From: Ylistrum balloti
Taxonomy: Eukaryota
NCBI RefSeq assembly: GCF_031769215.1
Contig: NW_026782182.1
Coordinates: 310,001-374,000, forward strand
Direction: 5' to 3'
DNA length: 64,000 nt
Part shown: positions 48,379 to 62,749 of the stretch, one piece after another
Layout of the letters: the number at the start of each line of letters is the position of its first letter
How positions within the stretch are numbered: the stretch's first letter is position 1
The notes under the pieces: generated by a model
Databases searched by the model: none
What the model was told of the DNA's origin: nothing
Seen by the model: only the letters and a program-made list of their open reading frames with translations
Translations under genes and position numbers: made by a program

Positions 48379-51068
48379 CTATTTGTTCTTTTTCAAAGGC
48401 ATCCTAGTAAATTTTCTCTTTGTTCAAATTAACACCTGGTCGATTTTATGTTAAATTGTGAATTTGTTGACATGTTGTTATTCAATCTAGCCATAAGCTG
48501 GATGAAATGAAATTTTTACATATAATGAGTATTTTCTATACAGTTTGAAGTATTTTACACAGGCTAGATAGAAGATTAAAAAGTTCAGTCGTTTTCACTT
48601 GGGATGAGATAAACGACGGTTTGGATGCATTTCGAAATGAAATACCGCTTGCATAGTCAACATTCCAACCATTAGGATAAAATATTCCAGGTTAGATAAT
48701 GTACTTTAGTCTCCACGACCTTCACAATTGATCACTTATACAAATTAACATTGAGTCACTACCAGAGATAGCGAAGTCATAGGACCAACCCATAGGTCGA
48801 TATCAGGCGTACTCACCTATCACATCAGCTTACACCAGATAACAGGCTCAAATAACACAGGTTGAAGAACATGCACACTGAGTGAAACCTCAACTGTACT
48901 GTAAAATCCTATACGAGACAAATATCACTTCAATATACACTATTAAATCAGATAAGGTATTGGCTAAAGAACCGAAACTACACTGTGTTTACGTTAGGCT
49001 ACATTTCTTTATTTCACTTTACAGAATTTAACTAAACCTTTGTATTATAACCGAATAATTATCATAGTCAGGAACATCGCTTTACCTCTGATCCTAACCA
49101 GGGTGGTTTATTAAATGGTGTAATATTGAAACTATTCCGCTATTCAAGAAAATCGAACCAAACTGAAGTACGTGTCTTTTCTTGACTCCTATTAATTTGC
49201 TCGCATGTGGGCAGTGTGGGTAACTGGTCTTTTGGTGTTTGATTTTAAATTCGTCTCTGCACAACCTATGATTTCTTTACTTAATCAGTTCTATACCTTG
49301 TGTATTTATTAATTTCAGAAATACACTGCCGAGATCAAAAGCTATCTGTTGGCCTATTGCGGTTATCGTGTATGATTTACCTACTAATACGTGGTCAATG
49401 TTTCAGGATGTTTTCAGAGAGAAAAATATTTGTCTTTCTCCCTATGAGTTCAAGACACGACTTCGCCTCGTTGTTGTTAGCATAACGGAGGTAGTATATC
49501 ACAGCTGTGACACAAGTGTGACAATCTCTCCATTGCTGCTAAGTGGCGCTACCTTCAGTGACCGTTACCATGATACCCAGGATGAACCCAGATCAGAGGA
49601 ACATCGCTCCTGTGATTACCATAACAATAATTATCGTTAAGGACATCAGGCCTATCGCCGTTGTTGTGTAACATTCACATTAATGAAATACGTTTTTTTG
49701 CAATAATGTTTGGAATTTACAACCGTTTTGTACATGTTGATGGTGCTGTCATTGAACCATTGATTTAGTACCTGTATAAACCGGTGTCTGCGGTCAGCAA
49801 AGGGTTAAAACCATTCGTTATCCTTCTTTATGAGGTGAACATGAGTACCGCGCTGATGTTAGACATTTTATTCTGTTTCTTACTTTGATTCTATAAAAGG
49901 AGATCAGTTTCGTAAGCAAGAACGACATGTCAACAAAACAGTAATTTAAATTCAGGATCTGGACAAAATAAGAACCCAGCAATGATTTACTCACAAAAAA
50001 GAAAAATCTTGAAGGTTAAAAGTTAGGTTTAATTGAAGACATTTGGTAAATCTTGGTAAAATCCAGGTAGATAATGTCACGTTCTCAAATTGCAACAAGA
50101 TTGACGTAATAAGCCAGCTTTTCCCGTACATGATCGCACGTGACCAATACTGATTTCTCATTTGCAGGCTTCTGGCTTTCTCCTACCAGACGGTACACCA
50201 ACTAATTTCAAACATGCAGAAAAAAGAAGAGAAAAAAAGACAACAAAGCTGATACACTGTACATCTGTACCTAATCTGGCTCCTGTGATTTGGAATGAAG
50301 AATAAATTTCATCCATAACACACATAAGCAGTAAAAAAGTTCTTTTGTTATTTTATTTTTGTTTTTGTTGTTGTTCGTTTGTATTTTTGTTTTGTTTGTT
50401 TTTTTAAATAAATTCTGAACTTGTTCATTTATGAAAAATTCATACGGAGGTTAATTTGACACTTTGTTACGAATGAGATTAGTTATAGGACTGTTTCTGT
50501 GGAAAGTTTTTAATACTTGCATGATCTTGTCAACTTGTTAAAGTAGTAAAATAAAATCACTTCCGGTTCATAGGGATCCCTCTCATCTTCATTGTTTGAG
50601 AAAATAATGCTAATTTAAGGATACGAGTGCTTTGATATAATGCCGTTTTGTTTCGTTCCGCTTACTGCCAGCGTGTCTTAGTGTTAGTCTTTAATTTAAG
50701 TACATGCTTTCTTATTTCTTTGTATCGTGGAATCGCGTTATAATGCTTTAATGTTGACGGTTTATAGAGACCATGTTGGCCTTGCCAAGACACCACATAA
50801 ATCTTATTCAAACCACCAGTAACGACTTTAGAACGTACTGTTATGTTGCATACTAATTGTACCGTTTATTGGTTGTGATACCATGAACCCTTGCTGATGG
50901 GGTCACCATCGGGTTAATGAGTACACAGTCGAGGTAATGTTCCGGTAGGTCGTTTGTCACACTGATAGTAGTAAGTTAGATCTACAGAAAGTAATCATGA
51001 CTGTTGAAGCTAATTTGACATTATTTCCAGGCATACCAATCTCTTAACATTAAGATGTATTTCAGTGT

Positions 51069-51206
51069 NNNNNNNNNNNNNNNNNNNNNNNNNNNNNNNN
51101 NNNNNNNNNNNNNNNNNNNNNNNNNNNNNNNNNNNNNNNNNNNNNNNNNNNNNNNNNNNNNNNNNNNNNNNNNNNNNNNNNNNNNNNNNNNNNNNNNNNN
51201 NNNNNN
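51069..51206. other. Assembly gap (138 N)
   Basis: Run of N. Confidence 1.
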
Positions 51207-53016
51207 CATTCAAACAAGCGGAAGAAAACACAATCGTTTAAACAGAAACAAATCAACATCAATTCAAACTAATTATGGTTTTGCTATTTCAATATTAAAT
51301 CTTTCAGGTATAACTGCCGTTCCTGCCTGCTTCTCTGTAACTTGTCGGTGTACTATTTGAGAGCAATTAGATAAAAATCAGGCAAAGATAAAAGCCGTAA
51401 ATTTTGCAAGTGTACACACAGTAGTACTGTAGGACAAATATGATGAATGTAGGTTAAACAGAGAAAACGAGGTTGAAACAACAACCATTCTCAAAAATTA
51501 CCTTGTAAGTCTACAATGAAACGTGTGGGGCCGGTCTCCGTTACTTCCTTTCCATGATCATCAAGATAGCGCGAGTACAGGAAGTCAGGTGGTGAACCGG
51601 AAGCTACATCTCAATTCACTTAAGGTAATATACATGTACTCGTATATTTTTAAAAATATCCGAGAAGAATAACACGACAATATTGTCACCATGGTTAATT
51701 GTTAATTATATATTTTGTAAAGAAACACTTGAATTTATATCAGATCTATGCAGGGGGTTTCAGGAAATAGTAATGTTGGAAGATTATTGTTCCGGAAGCA
51801 ATACCACGGGTTGCCCATGAGGCGATGGAGGAACGCTTACCCGTCCGGGTTCTTGGTTCATATTCTTTTGTTTCCATTTTTTCCGGGTTTTTTTTACCTG
51901 TGTTCTCCTTTTTTTGCGATATTTTATGTCGACACCGTGGGACATAGAACATTTATCTGAATTACATATAGATCTTTATCGTTACCTTCTGTGTTTCTCA
52001 CCATTCGGGCATTCTCTTTTTTTTCTGGCCTCGCCTCCTTGAAACTTGTTGTCAGGAGCATTTACTGTCAATATTTTACAAATATCAGAAAAAGCACCTC
52101 TGCGTAATGAAAACCCGCTAAGTGTAACTCAAAATTAACGAGGAGAGAGGGGTTAATACGACTCCCTCTCAGCTTGTTGCGTGACAGAGACAAAAATACC
52201 AGATGTTCTGAAATCCCCTTCTGCATTATCGACAATATCTGTTATGTTAATCTAGGTAAAATCGAATTTGATATTCTAAAATGAGAACCGAGGCAGTACA
52301 AAAAGCGCACCAGGCATTCCACGAGCTTTGAAGACGTATTCTGTAAATAAGGAAAATTTCAAATTGAAAATATGGTAACGACCATAAAACCTCCCCATCG
52401 TGTCATCAGACTGTAGATCGTACTCCAAGAAACAACATGTTTCTCGGCGATAAGAATGTCGGTATCAACCCCAGACGGACATGCAATATATCGTTAGTTG
52501 GAGAGGCAGGAGTAGTTTAAAAACTTAGAATGGAAAATTCCCAATAGTGAGAATTAATTAATCATATTTGGCAAACAGATCATTTGCAGAAGGAAATGTA
52601 TGCCTTTCTGGAACAAGAGAGTGACAATATGTCTAAATGACGTGACCTGGTTGTGTACTTCATTCATAAGCACTAAGTATCAAACAGCATAATCTATATT
52701 TTTTACAGACAATGTATCTTTAATTTGTTATAATATCATACCAAATGTTTATTTTGACTGTTTGAAAAAATCTTGCAAATATTTTCTCATATAAAACTAG
52801 AGAAATGTTCCCAGTGGTTTCCATTCCTAAATGTAAATTGTATATCAACTGTCTATTGAGAGTTTCAAGCTCAGTCTTCCTCGTAAATTCTTACAATTCA
52901 GAACGCTGTTAGTACAAAGAATAACAAAATACTATTTCTGTGCGAAATACAGGGGCGGGTGTTCAACTAAACATAGTACTGTCATTTCACTTCCCGAGTG
53001 AACCTAAGATTGGTTC

Positions 53017-53164
53017 AATACATTGACACCGTGGTACATTTTGATACATTAACACCGTGGTACAACATTAACACCGTGGTACATTTTGATACATTAACAC
53101 CGTGGTACATTTTGATACATTAACACCGTGGTACATTTTGATACATTAACACCGTGGTACATTT
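53017..53164. repeat. 26-bp tandem repeat (GATACATTAACACCGTGGTACATTTT), about 5 copies
   Basis: Seen directly. Confidence 0.85.
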
Positions 53165-55899
53165 CCTAAGGAGGGATTACTATTGTGATACTGTGGTAAA
53201 TATTTCCATTCATTAGTTCGATACATTGACATCGTGATATGTTTCGTTAGACTGATTCGACAAGTTAATATCTGATACGTTAATGCCTCGGGATATATAT
53301 TTTTCACGTGCAGAAAACTTCATACGAGCCTCGGTATCGCGTGGACGTTAAACAAAGAACTAAAATAAAGTTAAAAAAAGAAAATTAAAGGAAAGAAGGA
53401 TTCATTTGTTGAGCCTATGATTTGTTTAATGTGTTCTACTTCGTTGTCGATGCCGTGATAGGTTTAACTTAACGGGAGATGTCCACAGATATTTGACGTC
53501 CAAAAATATCTGACGACAGATATTTGACGTCCACAGATATTTGACGTCCATAGTTCCACCGTTAAGATGGAGTTAGGAGTTTCTACTTGCTCTATAGTGA
53601 ACGTACCGATATTTTATCTGCGTCATACACAAGATAATGTTTCAATCATTATCTCTTGTCGCTTTCTAAACCACTGTTAAAATGTTTCTGCATCATAAGT
53701 TTATTTCCACAACAAACGAACATAAGTGCCTTACTTCAAAATGTACAGATTTATTGACAAATAATTCTCGTTCATGGTTTCCAGTTCCTGTTTGATCGCA
53801 GCCGCCATTAAAGCTGAAATCCCTGCAGACCGACGTTAGGGAAATGAGCTGACAAAACTGGATGTTGATAACGTTCTAACATCATACCTTTTTAAAACCA
53901 ATGCCATAAACAATTAAAGCGATCTTCAATCTGGAGTATTGCTAATTGAAAAACAACAGGACGAGACAATGACTGGTGCGCCCACATTGTGACGTCTATA
54001 TATGCATTGATTGGTACTTAACGGAGTTCTCGTTTCGTGAAATGTGCAGATCGTTTTGTTTCACTTTATAGTTTTATGATAACATCCATTTGTGATCTTT
54101 AATGTCATAAAAGATACGTTTATATTTCATTAAAGGAGTCTGCCGCGGCATTGTCTCCAACATAAAGAGGATAACAGATGTATCACTGAACTCTGTTGGT
54201 AACACCATTTATGTTATGTAACACTTTAAAAACAAAGTTAAGGGCAATCGAACCATAGAACGTTACAACGGAATCACAGTGCTGATCATTCCGAAGATTA
54301 AACAAAGACAAGCGTTAGCGCCTTTCAATATAAATTCAGAATTGGATGAGGTAGAGCCAGATAATGAATTAAACTGCATTGTGTCACTGTTTCATCTTTT
54401 TAGGACTCTTCAGTGATGTAAAGGGTATATCTTTTTTAAATCTAAGAGGTGACTCACGAAAATTCAAACTGACTGAAAGAAATTTCTCAATCTAGATATG
54501 GAATTGTCTTAGCCCCATTATTAAATTTCGTAGTTTTTACTTACTTGGCGTCTGTGTATTCTGAATCGTGCCACTAATTAAATGAATTAGAACGTGGCAT
54601 GAAGGTTAGGTAAACCTATGGAGAAAGAAAAATGGCTAGCACCTGAGATCTCGAAGATTTTATCAAAAGAAATACAGCTAAACAGCATGTTTCAATGCAA
54701 ATTCAAAATTATATACAGTAGAACCAAACTCGTCAGTGATACTAAAGATGTGTGAATCATAGTTCATGTTATACAAAATTAGTCCCTTAGCCTCTTAATT
54801 TACTTAAAGTCCGTTCTTAACATATACAGTCACTTCTGACTCTCAAAGTCGATTCTCCAAACTATTTCACTGTCTTCTGTCAAAGAAAAGCACGAACTAC
54901 GATATACCGCTCACACGTTAGATGTACCGCCAATCTCTACATCGTCATTTAAAGTCACTAATACACAAACAAGACGATTTAAATCTGTAACATTCAAACG
55001 AATAGCCACAGAAGTACAATAACCCATTTCTGTTTCAATTGATAAAAATCGCCAGTTAAACAGTAATAAAAAGATTATTACTGGCTGACCGACTCCCTCT
55101 GGACTTCCGGGTAACTTTATCAATAACACTTAAACACTGGTCACAAGCACGAGCTCACGCGCGTAAAAACGCGCGCATGTCATTCAAGCAGAGTTTTGCT
55201 CTGTAAATAACTGGAGAGATACCGAAGCAAAATGGCTGGTATGGGAGTAGAGTGCCATTAAAGAGACATATTGTCGGCCTTAATTATCGATACCAGATAT
55301 GAAGATCTAACAGGCGAGATAAGACAAGTGATTGCATAACGTTGTGATTGGTTGATATTCCAAAAGGATAATCATATAACTATGCAAGCGGCGCCCTCTA
55401 GGGACTGGTCCATCGGGAACGAGGCCATTTAGAGTAATGTCTGTCGGAGTCGTTAGGGCATATAATTCATTATCGGGCTCTTCCTCCATAACACATGGCC
55501 AGATATGGAAGTCCGAGGAAGAATTAAATTATATGGATTTGCCTTTGTTTTCTAAACCAGTTCAGTGATCTAGTGATGGATTTCAGGCCCTATGGGATGT
55601 ATATAAATATAGGGTCGAATACTCTGTTGTTTTATGGTTTAGTGTTTCTCCAGCTGTAACGATGATACTGATTTTGTTGTTCTTTGTCGGAATTATAAAT
55701 AATGCGTGATAGCTGAAAGACAATGCATGATATATCAGAATATGTATTGGACTTACCTGTGTTTTAATTCTATACACTATTGAAAACCTAACTTTTTATA
55801 ATGTCTTATCATAGATAATTGATATGGAAATAGAAATGAGATCCTTAGTCTCGTTCATTCTCTTCATTTAGGAACGTCAAAATATCTTTATGCTAAATC

Positions 55900-56085
55900 G
55901 TTCTTGCCACAAAACATTGTCGTCAAAATATCTGTATACTTGACCGTTCTTACAACAGACACTGTCGTCAAATATCTTTATATTCAATCATTCTTACAAC
56001 AGACACTGTCGTCAAATATCTTTATATTCAATCATTCTTACAACAGACACTGTCGTCAAATATCTTTATATTCAATCATTCTTAT
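55900..56085. repeat. 44-bp tandem repeat, about 4 copies
   Basis: TACAACAGAC at 55951 and 55995. Confidence 0.85.
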
Positions 56086-57039
56086 CACAAGAAACATAAT
56101 TTGATTGTCCTTAGAGTACCATTTGACAGTACCATCATAAGAATTTAACACGGAAACGTCCTTACCAAGACACTGGTTTTCAGTACAATTGACTTTTATC
56201 TATGAGATCTTCGTCGTCGTGGAGAGTTGAAATTCAAAACAACGAGCGTACCACTCATCACGAGTTTCAAGATCGTGTGTGGTTTTTGCAGTATAGTTTT
56301 TATTACGTAGGTATAATATATATAGTACAAAAGTCCTAAATTCTGTCTTATTTATAACAACATTCTGGAACTCTGAAACAACTCGTCTAAAACAGATTTC
56401 TATTTGCAAAGCCTATATCAAACGGTGATCCGGCAATGGATGATCTTGTTTCTGGCTTATCATTTGGTGGTTTTGTATTTTTAGGCCTTTTTACAATCCT
56501 CCTTTATTTCAAATTGTTTAAAAATTCGTTCCTGCAATATATATTTTCCTACATACGACCTTAATAAGTCAGCTGCTGTCGACCTTTAACCATGTTACCG
56601 CTTCACCAGCTGAGGAATGCTTTGACAATAAAAACGAAGAGAAGCAATAAAAGAGTTGTGTTGGTGAAAATTACAGAGCCTCGCCTCACACACAGAAATT
56701 TAACGGTCCCTTATTAGTAATTAGTGCCGTATATTATAACAACCCCCAACAGGGCGTTAACGCAGTATGGTATTCCGTCGTATCTCTTCACATAGCACCT
56801 GCGTCAGGCTTAAGATGTTGTAATTTTGACTAGAGTGACCTCCCCCGGGTGTTGAATTAGCATTCAAAGTGTCTATTTCATCGGCATGTTTATGTACAGT
56901 TAAGTCGACCTCATACGTAATTATATTTACAATCATAAAAAAAACACGATCCATATTTCTGACTGTATTTCCTTACCACGCGAGTGTAAACAGAACCATA
57001 GCGCCATGTACAAGTTCTGTACATTGTGTATACTGCTTA

Positions 57040-57425
57040 ACCAAAACGTCCGTACACAAAACTGTCTATATAGTTCATACACCACAAAAACCATCAGTTT
57101 CCGTACACCACATAATACTGTTTGTTACATCTGTACATTGTACAACACAATACTGCATGTTACGTCCGTACACCACACAACACTATTTGTTACATCTGTA
57201 CATTGTAAAACACAACACTTTATGTTACGTCCGTACACCACACAACACTGTTTTTACGTCTGTTCATCAAAAACGACTTCTATTACGTCCATACACACAA
57301 CACTAATGTTCGTTACATGAAACAAGTGTTGTTACGTCCGTACATTAAACAAGACTTCTGTAACGTCCGTAAACAACAATACTACCTGTTAAGCCAGTAA
57401 GTCACAGATGACTCTATGTTACGTC
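57040..57425. repeat. Old degenerate ~31-bp tandem repeat (GTTACGTCCGTACACCACACAACACT-like)
   Basis: Recurring TTACGTCCGTACA / TTACATCTGTACA motifs. Confidence 0.6.
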
Positions 57426-57915
57426 CACAGACTTAATATATCTTCATTCAGCAGAGAAGAATACGTACTTGAGCCATTATCATCTTTGTTGCCGTTGTCA
57501 CACATGAGTAAATATACTTGATCTGATACTTCCTCGTCTGATTCACCCTCCTAATTACTATACACTATCTCTGTAACTATGAAACGATGCCAGGCCATTG
57601 GTTTTAAAAATAGTCAAATTGATGCCAAGGCCAAATGTTTATAACATCTATTTACTTTGTAAAGTGGGCTGACTAATCAAAGTAATATCCGCAATCCCAG
57701 AACATCAAACAGATTATCAGAAATAAATGAATCGTGTTCTCACTAAGAGCTGATATTAAAAGATGTGTGCTGGACTTGGACATCAAAAGCTTTACCGAGA
57801 ATCTGACCGACCTGGCGGCCATTTCGACCATCAACGAGTGGAAACAGGAACCTTACCACCAGTGAGAGAGACGGAAAAGATTTCGGTTGTTACAAAACAA
57901 TTACAGGCAACTACA

Positions 57916-60900
57916 GGTAAACAATGATTACTGTAAGTTATCGTGAAAGGTAAACAATGATCACTGTAAGTTATCGTGGTAAACAATGATTACTGTAAGT
58001 TATCGTGGTAAACAATGATTACTGTAAGTTATCGTGAAATGTAAACAATGATTACTGTAAGTTATCGTGAAATGTAAACAATGATCATTTTAAGTTATCG
58101 TGGTAAACAATGATCACTGTCAGTTATCGTGGTAAACAATGGTCACTGTAAGTTATCGTGAAAGGTAAACAATGATTACAGTAAGTTATCGTGGTAAACA
58201 ATTATTACAGTAAGTTATTGTGGTAAACAATGATTACTGTAAGTTATCGTGAAATGTAAACAATGGTCACTGTAAGTTATCGTGGTAAACAATGATCACT
58301 GTAAGTTATCGTGGTAAACAATGGTCACTGTAAGTTATCGTGGTAAACAATGATTACTGTAAGTTATCGTGGTAAACAATGATTACTGTAAGTTATCGTG
58401 AAATGTAAACAATGGTCACTGTAAGTTATCGTGGTAAACAATGATCACTGTAAGTTATCGTGGTAAACAATGGTCACTGTAAGTTATCGTGGTAAACAAT
58501 GATTGTAAGTTATCGTGGTAAACAAACTGTAATTAACAGTAAGTTATTGTGGTAAACAATGATTACTGTAAGTTATCGTGGTAAACAATGATCACTGTAA
58601 GTTATCGTGGTAAACAATGATCACTGTAAGTTATCGTGGTAAACAATGATCACTGTAAGTTATCGTGGTAAACAATGATTACTGTAAGTTATCGTGGTAA
58701 ACAATGATTACTGTAAGTTATCGTGGTAAACAATGATTACTGTAAGTTATCGTGGTAAACAATGATCACTGTAAGTTATCGTGGTAAACAATGATCACTG
58801 TAAGTTATCGTGGTAAACAATGATCACTGTAAGTTATCGTGGACAATGGTCACTGTAAACAATGGTCACTGTAAGTTATCGTGGTAAACAATGATCACTG
58901 TAAGTTATCGTGGTAAACAATGATCACTGTAAGTTATCGTGGTAAACAATGATTACAGTAAGTTATCGTGGTAAACAATTATTACTGTAAGTTATCGTGG
59001 TAAACAATGATTACTGTAAGTTATCGTGGTAAACAATGACAGTAAGTTATCGTGGTAAACAATTATTACTGTAAGTTATCGTGGTAAACAATGATTACTG
59101 TAAGTTATCGTGTAAACAATGGTCACTGTAAGTTATCGTGGTAAACAATGATTACTGTAAGTTATCGTGGTAAACAATGGTCACTGTAAGTTATCGTGGT
59201 AAACTGTAAGTTATCGTGGTAAACAATGATACTGTAAGTTATCGTGAAATGTAAACAAACTGTAAGTTATCGTGGTAAACAATGATTACTGTAAGTTATC
59301 GTGGTAAACAATGATCACTGTAAGTTATCGTGGTAAACAATGATTACTATAAGTTATCGTGAAATGTAAACAATGGTCACTGTAAGTTATCGTGGTAAAC
59401 AATGATCACTGTAAGTTATCGTGGTAAACAATGATTACTGTAAGTTATCGTGGTAAACAATGGTCACTGTAAGTTATCGTGAAAGGTAAATAATGATTAC
59501 TGTAAGTTATCGTGGTAAACAATGGTCACTGTAAGTTATCGTGATAAACAATGGTCACTGTAAGTTATCGTGGTAAACAATGGTCACTGTAAGTTATCGT
59601 GGTAAACAATGATTACTCTAAGTTATCGTGGTAAACAATTATTACAGTAAGTTATTGTGGTAAACAATGATTACTGTAAGTTATCGTGGTAAACAATGAT
59701 TACAGTAAGTTATCGTGGTAAACAATTATTACAGTAAGTTATTGTGGTAAACAATGATTACTGTAAGTTATCGTGAAATGTAAACAATGATCACTGTAAG
59801 TTATCGTGGTAAACAATGATCACTGTAAGTTATCGTGGTAAACAATGGTCACTGTAAGTTATCGTGGTAAACAATTATTACAGTAAGTTATTGTGGTAAA
59901 CAATGATTACTGTAAGTTATCGTGAAATGTAAACAATGGTCACTGTAAGTTATCGTGGTAAACAATGATTACTGTAAGTTATCGTGGTAAACAATGATCA
60001 CTGTAAGTTATCGTGGTAAACAATGATTACTGTAAGTTATCGTGAAATGTAAACAATGGTCACTGTAAGTTATCGTGGTAAACAATGATCACTGTAAGTT
60101 ATCGTGGTAAACAATGGTCACTGTAAGTTATCGTGGTAAACAATGATTACTGTAAGTTATCGTGGTAAACAATGATTACTGTAAGTTATCGTGGTAAACA
60201 ATGATCACTGTAAGTTATCGTGGTAAACAATGATTACTGTAAGTTATCGTGGTAAACAATGATCACTGTAAGTTATCGTGGTAAACAATGGTCACTGTAA
60301 GTTATCGTGGTAAACAATGATTACTGTAAGTTATCGTGGTAAACAATTATTACAGTAAGTTATTGTGGTAAACAATGATTACTGTAAGTTATCGTGAAAT
60401 GTAAACAATGATCACTGTAAGTTATCGTGGTAAACAATGATTACTGTAAGTTATCGTGGTAAACAATGATCACTGTAAGTTATCGTGGTAAACAATGATT
60501 ACTGTAAGTTATCGTGAAATGTAAACAATGGTCACTGTAAGTTATCGTGGTAAACAATGATCACTGTAAGTTATCGTGGTAAACAATGATCACTGTAAGT
60601 TATCGTGGTAAACAATGATTACAGTAAGTTATCGTGGTAAACAATTATTACAGTAAGTTATCGTGGTAAACAATGATTACTGTAAGTTATCGTGAAATGT
60701 AAACAATGATCACTGTAAGTTATCGTGGTAAACAATGATTACTGTAAGTTATCGTGGTAAACAATGATCACTGTAAGTTATCGTGGTAAACAATGATTAC
60801 TGTAAGTTATCGTGAAATGTAAACAATGGTCACTGTAAGTTATCGTGGTAAACAATGATTACTGTAAGTTATCGTGGTAAACAATGATTACTGTAAGTTA

Positions 60901-61372
60901 TCGTGGTAAACAATGATCACTGTAAGTTATCGTGGTAAACAATGGTCACTGTAAGTTATCGTGGTAAACAATGATTACAGTAAGTTATCGTGGTAAACAA
61001 TTATTACAGTAAGTTATTGTGGTAAACAATGATTACTGTAAGTTATCGTGAAATGTAAACAATGGTCACTGTAAGTTATCGTGGTAAACAATGATTACTG
61101 TAAGTTATCGTGGTAAACAATGATCACTGTAAGTTATCGTGGTAAACAATGATTACTGTAAGTTATCGTGAAATGTAAACAATGGCCACTGTAAGTTATC
61201 GTGGTAAACAATGATCACTGTAAGTTATCGTGAAATGTAAACAATGATTACTGTAAGTTATCGTGAAATGTAAACAATGATTACTGTAAGTTATCGTGAA
61301 AGGTAAACAATGATCACTGTAAGTTATCGTGGTAAACAATGATCACTGTAAGTTATTGTGAAAGATAAACAA
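57916..61372. repeat. 29-bp minisatellite (GTAAACAATGATTACTGTAAGTTATCGTG) with a 33-bp (+AAAT) variant, more than 110 copies
   Basis: Seen directly; largest array in the window. Confidence 0.97.
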
Positions 61373-62749
61373 TAATAAAATGTTATAGGTATGACATGGC
61401 ATTATACCTAAGTTCGAGTACAAAATACACTGTCCAACACTTTACCTGCCTAACAATATCTGATCTAATGAAAAGATTTTAGAATCCAGCAAAATAGTCA
61501 TAGTAATAAAAAGGAAATACTATTGCTAAGCAACGCTTTTAAAGATATCGAGCGGGTAGTTATAATCAAATATCAACACACATTATTTATATTACTTCCA
61601 ACATACCCTAGTTAGTCTGTATGACGTGCAGCGGACACGTGTTTGTTCTTCAGTGAGAAAGTCTAAAAACATATAACCAAATATAACAGAAAGAACCGAG
61701 AACACACATTTAGATTTTTCCTTTTAAGGATTCCATAACAAGACAACTTGTCAAACCAAGATGAAATAATTAAAAAAAGATGGCATTTTTGACAAAACAT
61801 TGTCCTACTTGCTCCTTTAATCAACAGGGTAAGTATTGAACATTCATCACAAGTGGCAACACTATAAAGATAAACGTCAACATGCGGGTCATCGTGTTCA
61901 TAGTCGATATGAATGACATTCAGCAGCAGCACCATACAGTTTATGTTGTTAGTGAGTATAACCAACGAGTAGAACGCCTGCTCTAACGGAAACTACAGAG
62001 ACAGGAGTGTGTATACCATGAACAGATTGTATCCATTCTAATTAGCGTCGCTAAGTAAGCTCAGTCTAATATCACATACAAATACAAATGTCAACGTGAA
62101 TGTCTTCCTATCAGACAAATATTTCTGAATATACTACAACGTATACATAACTCGTCACACTGCAGCAATGTGCATCGATGTATTGTTTCTATCGCAGCAG
62201 TCCCGAGCCGCCGAAACTAGCCCAGTATTGGTACGATAATTACCGATAATTGCCGAGGTGGCCTCGGTTTTTGACGTGCCAGACGAATGAGATGTGAAAC
62301 GGATCTGACAGACAATATGGCAAAGCTCTTCCCTAAACATTGTACATACAAATCATCAACATAGATCCTGTTGTTACTGCGGCTTCAGCTGCTGTTGGTA
62401 AAGACTACGTATAGACATGTGCTGGGTAGGATATAATAATATGAACAGAATCTTGTGTCTATATCACTGGCATCATACTACTACAGTTCCTCAATGTTTG
62501 CCTATTTATTCCCACAAATGACCCATGTATGAACTTCCTCACTAATTGTATGACACCGTTAGGTATAATCCACGTTTGTGCCATACCATACTTTGTTTAT
62601 TATGCCTCTTCAATGCCTGTTTTTTCTCTATAGATATTGAACATCTTTCAAAATCGGTGTAACAACATCACACAAAAGTTGTAATAACGTCTTTCCAACA
62701 ACAATGATTCCAGGTATCATTGGTTAACCACCAAACTGTCTTAAAGTTT

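Noticed and set aside
49318-49640. About 107-codon open frame after an AG, and other short unique ORFs between 49 and 62 kb (54911-55489, 57750-57865, 61663-62340)
   Set aside because: No recognisable domains and no consistent chain of splice sites and phases; cannot be supported without transcript data
62253-62272. CCGAGG-TGG-CCTCGG-TTTTT terminator-like hairpin
   Set aside because: Intrinsic terminators are bacterial; a 6-bp stem is expected by chance
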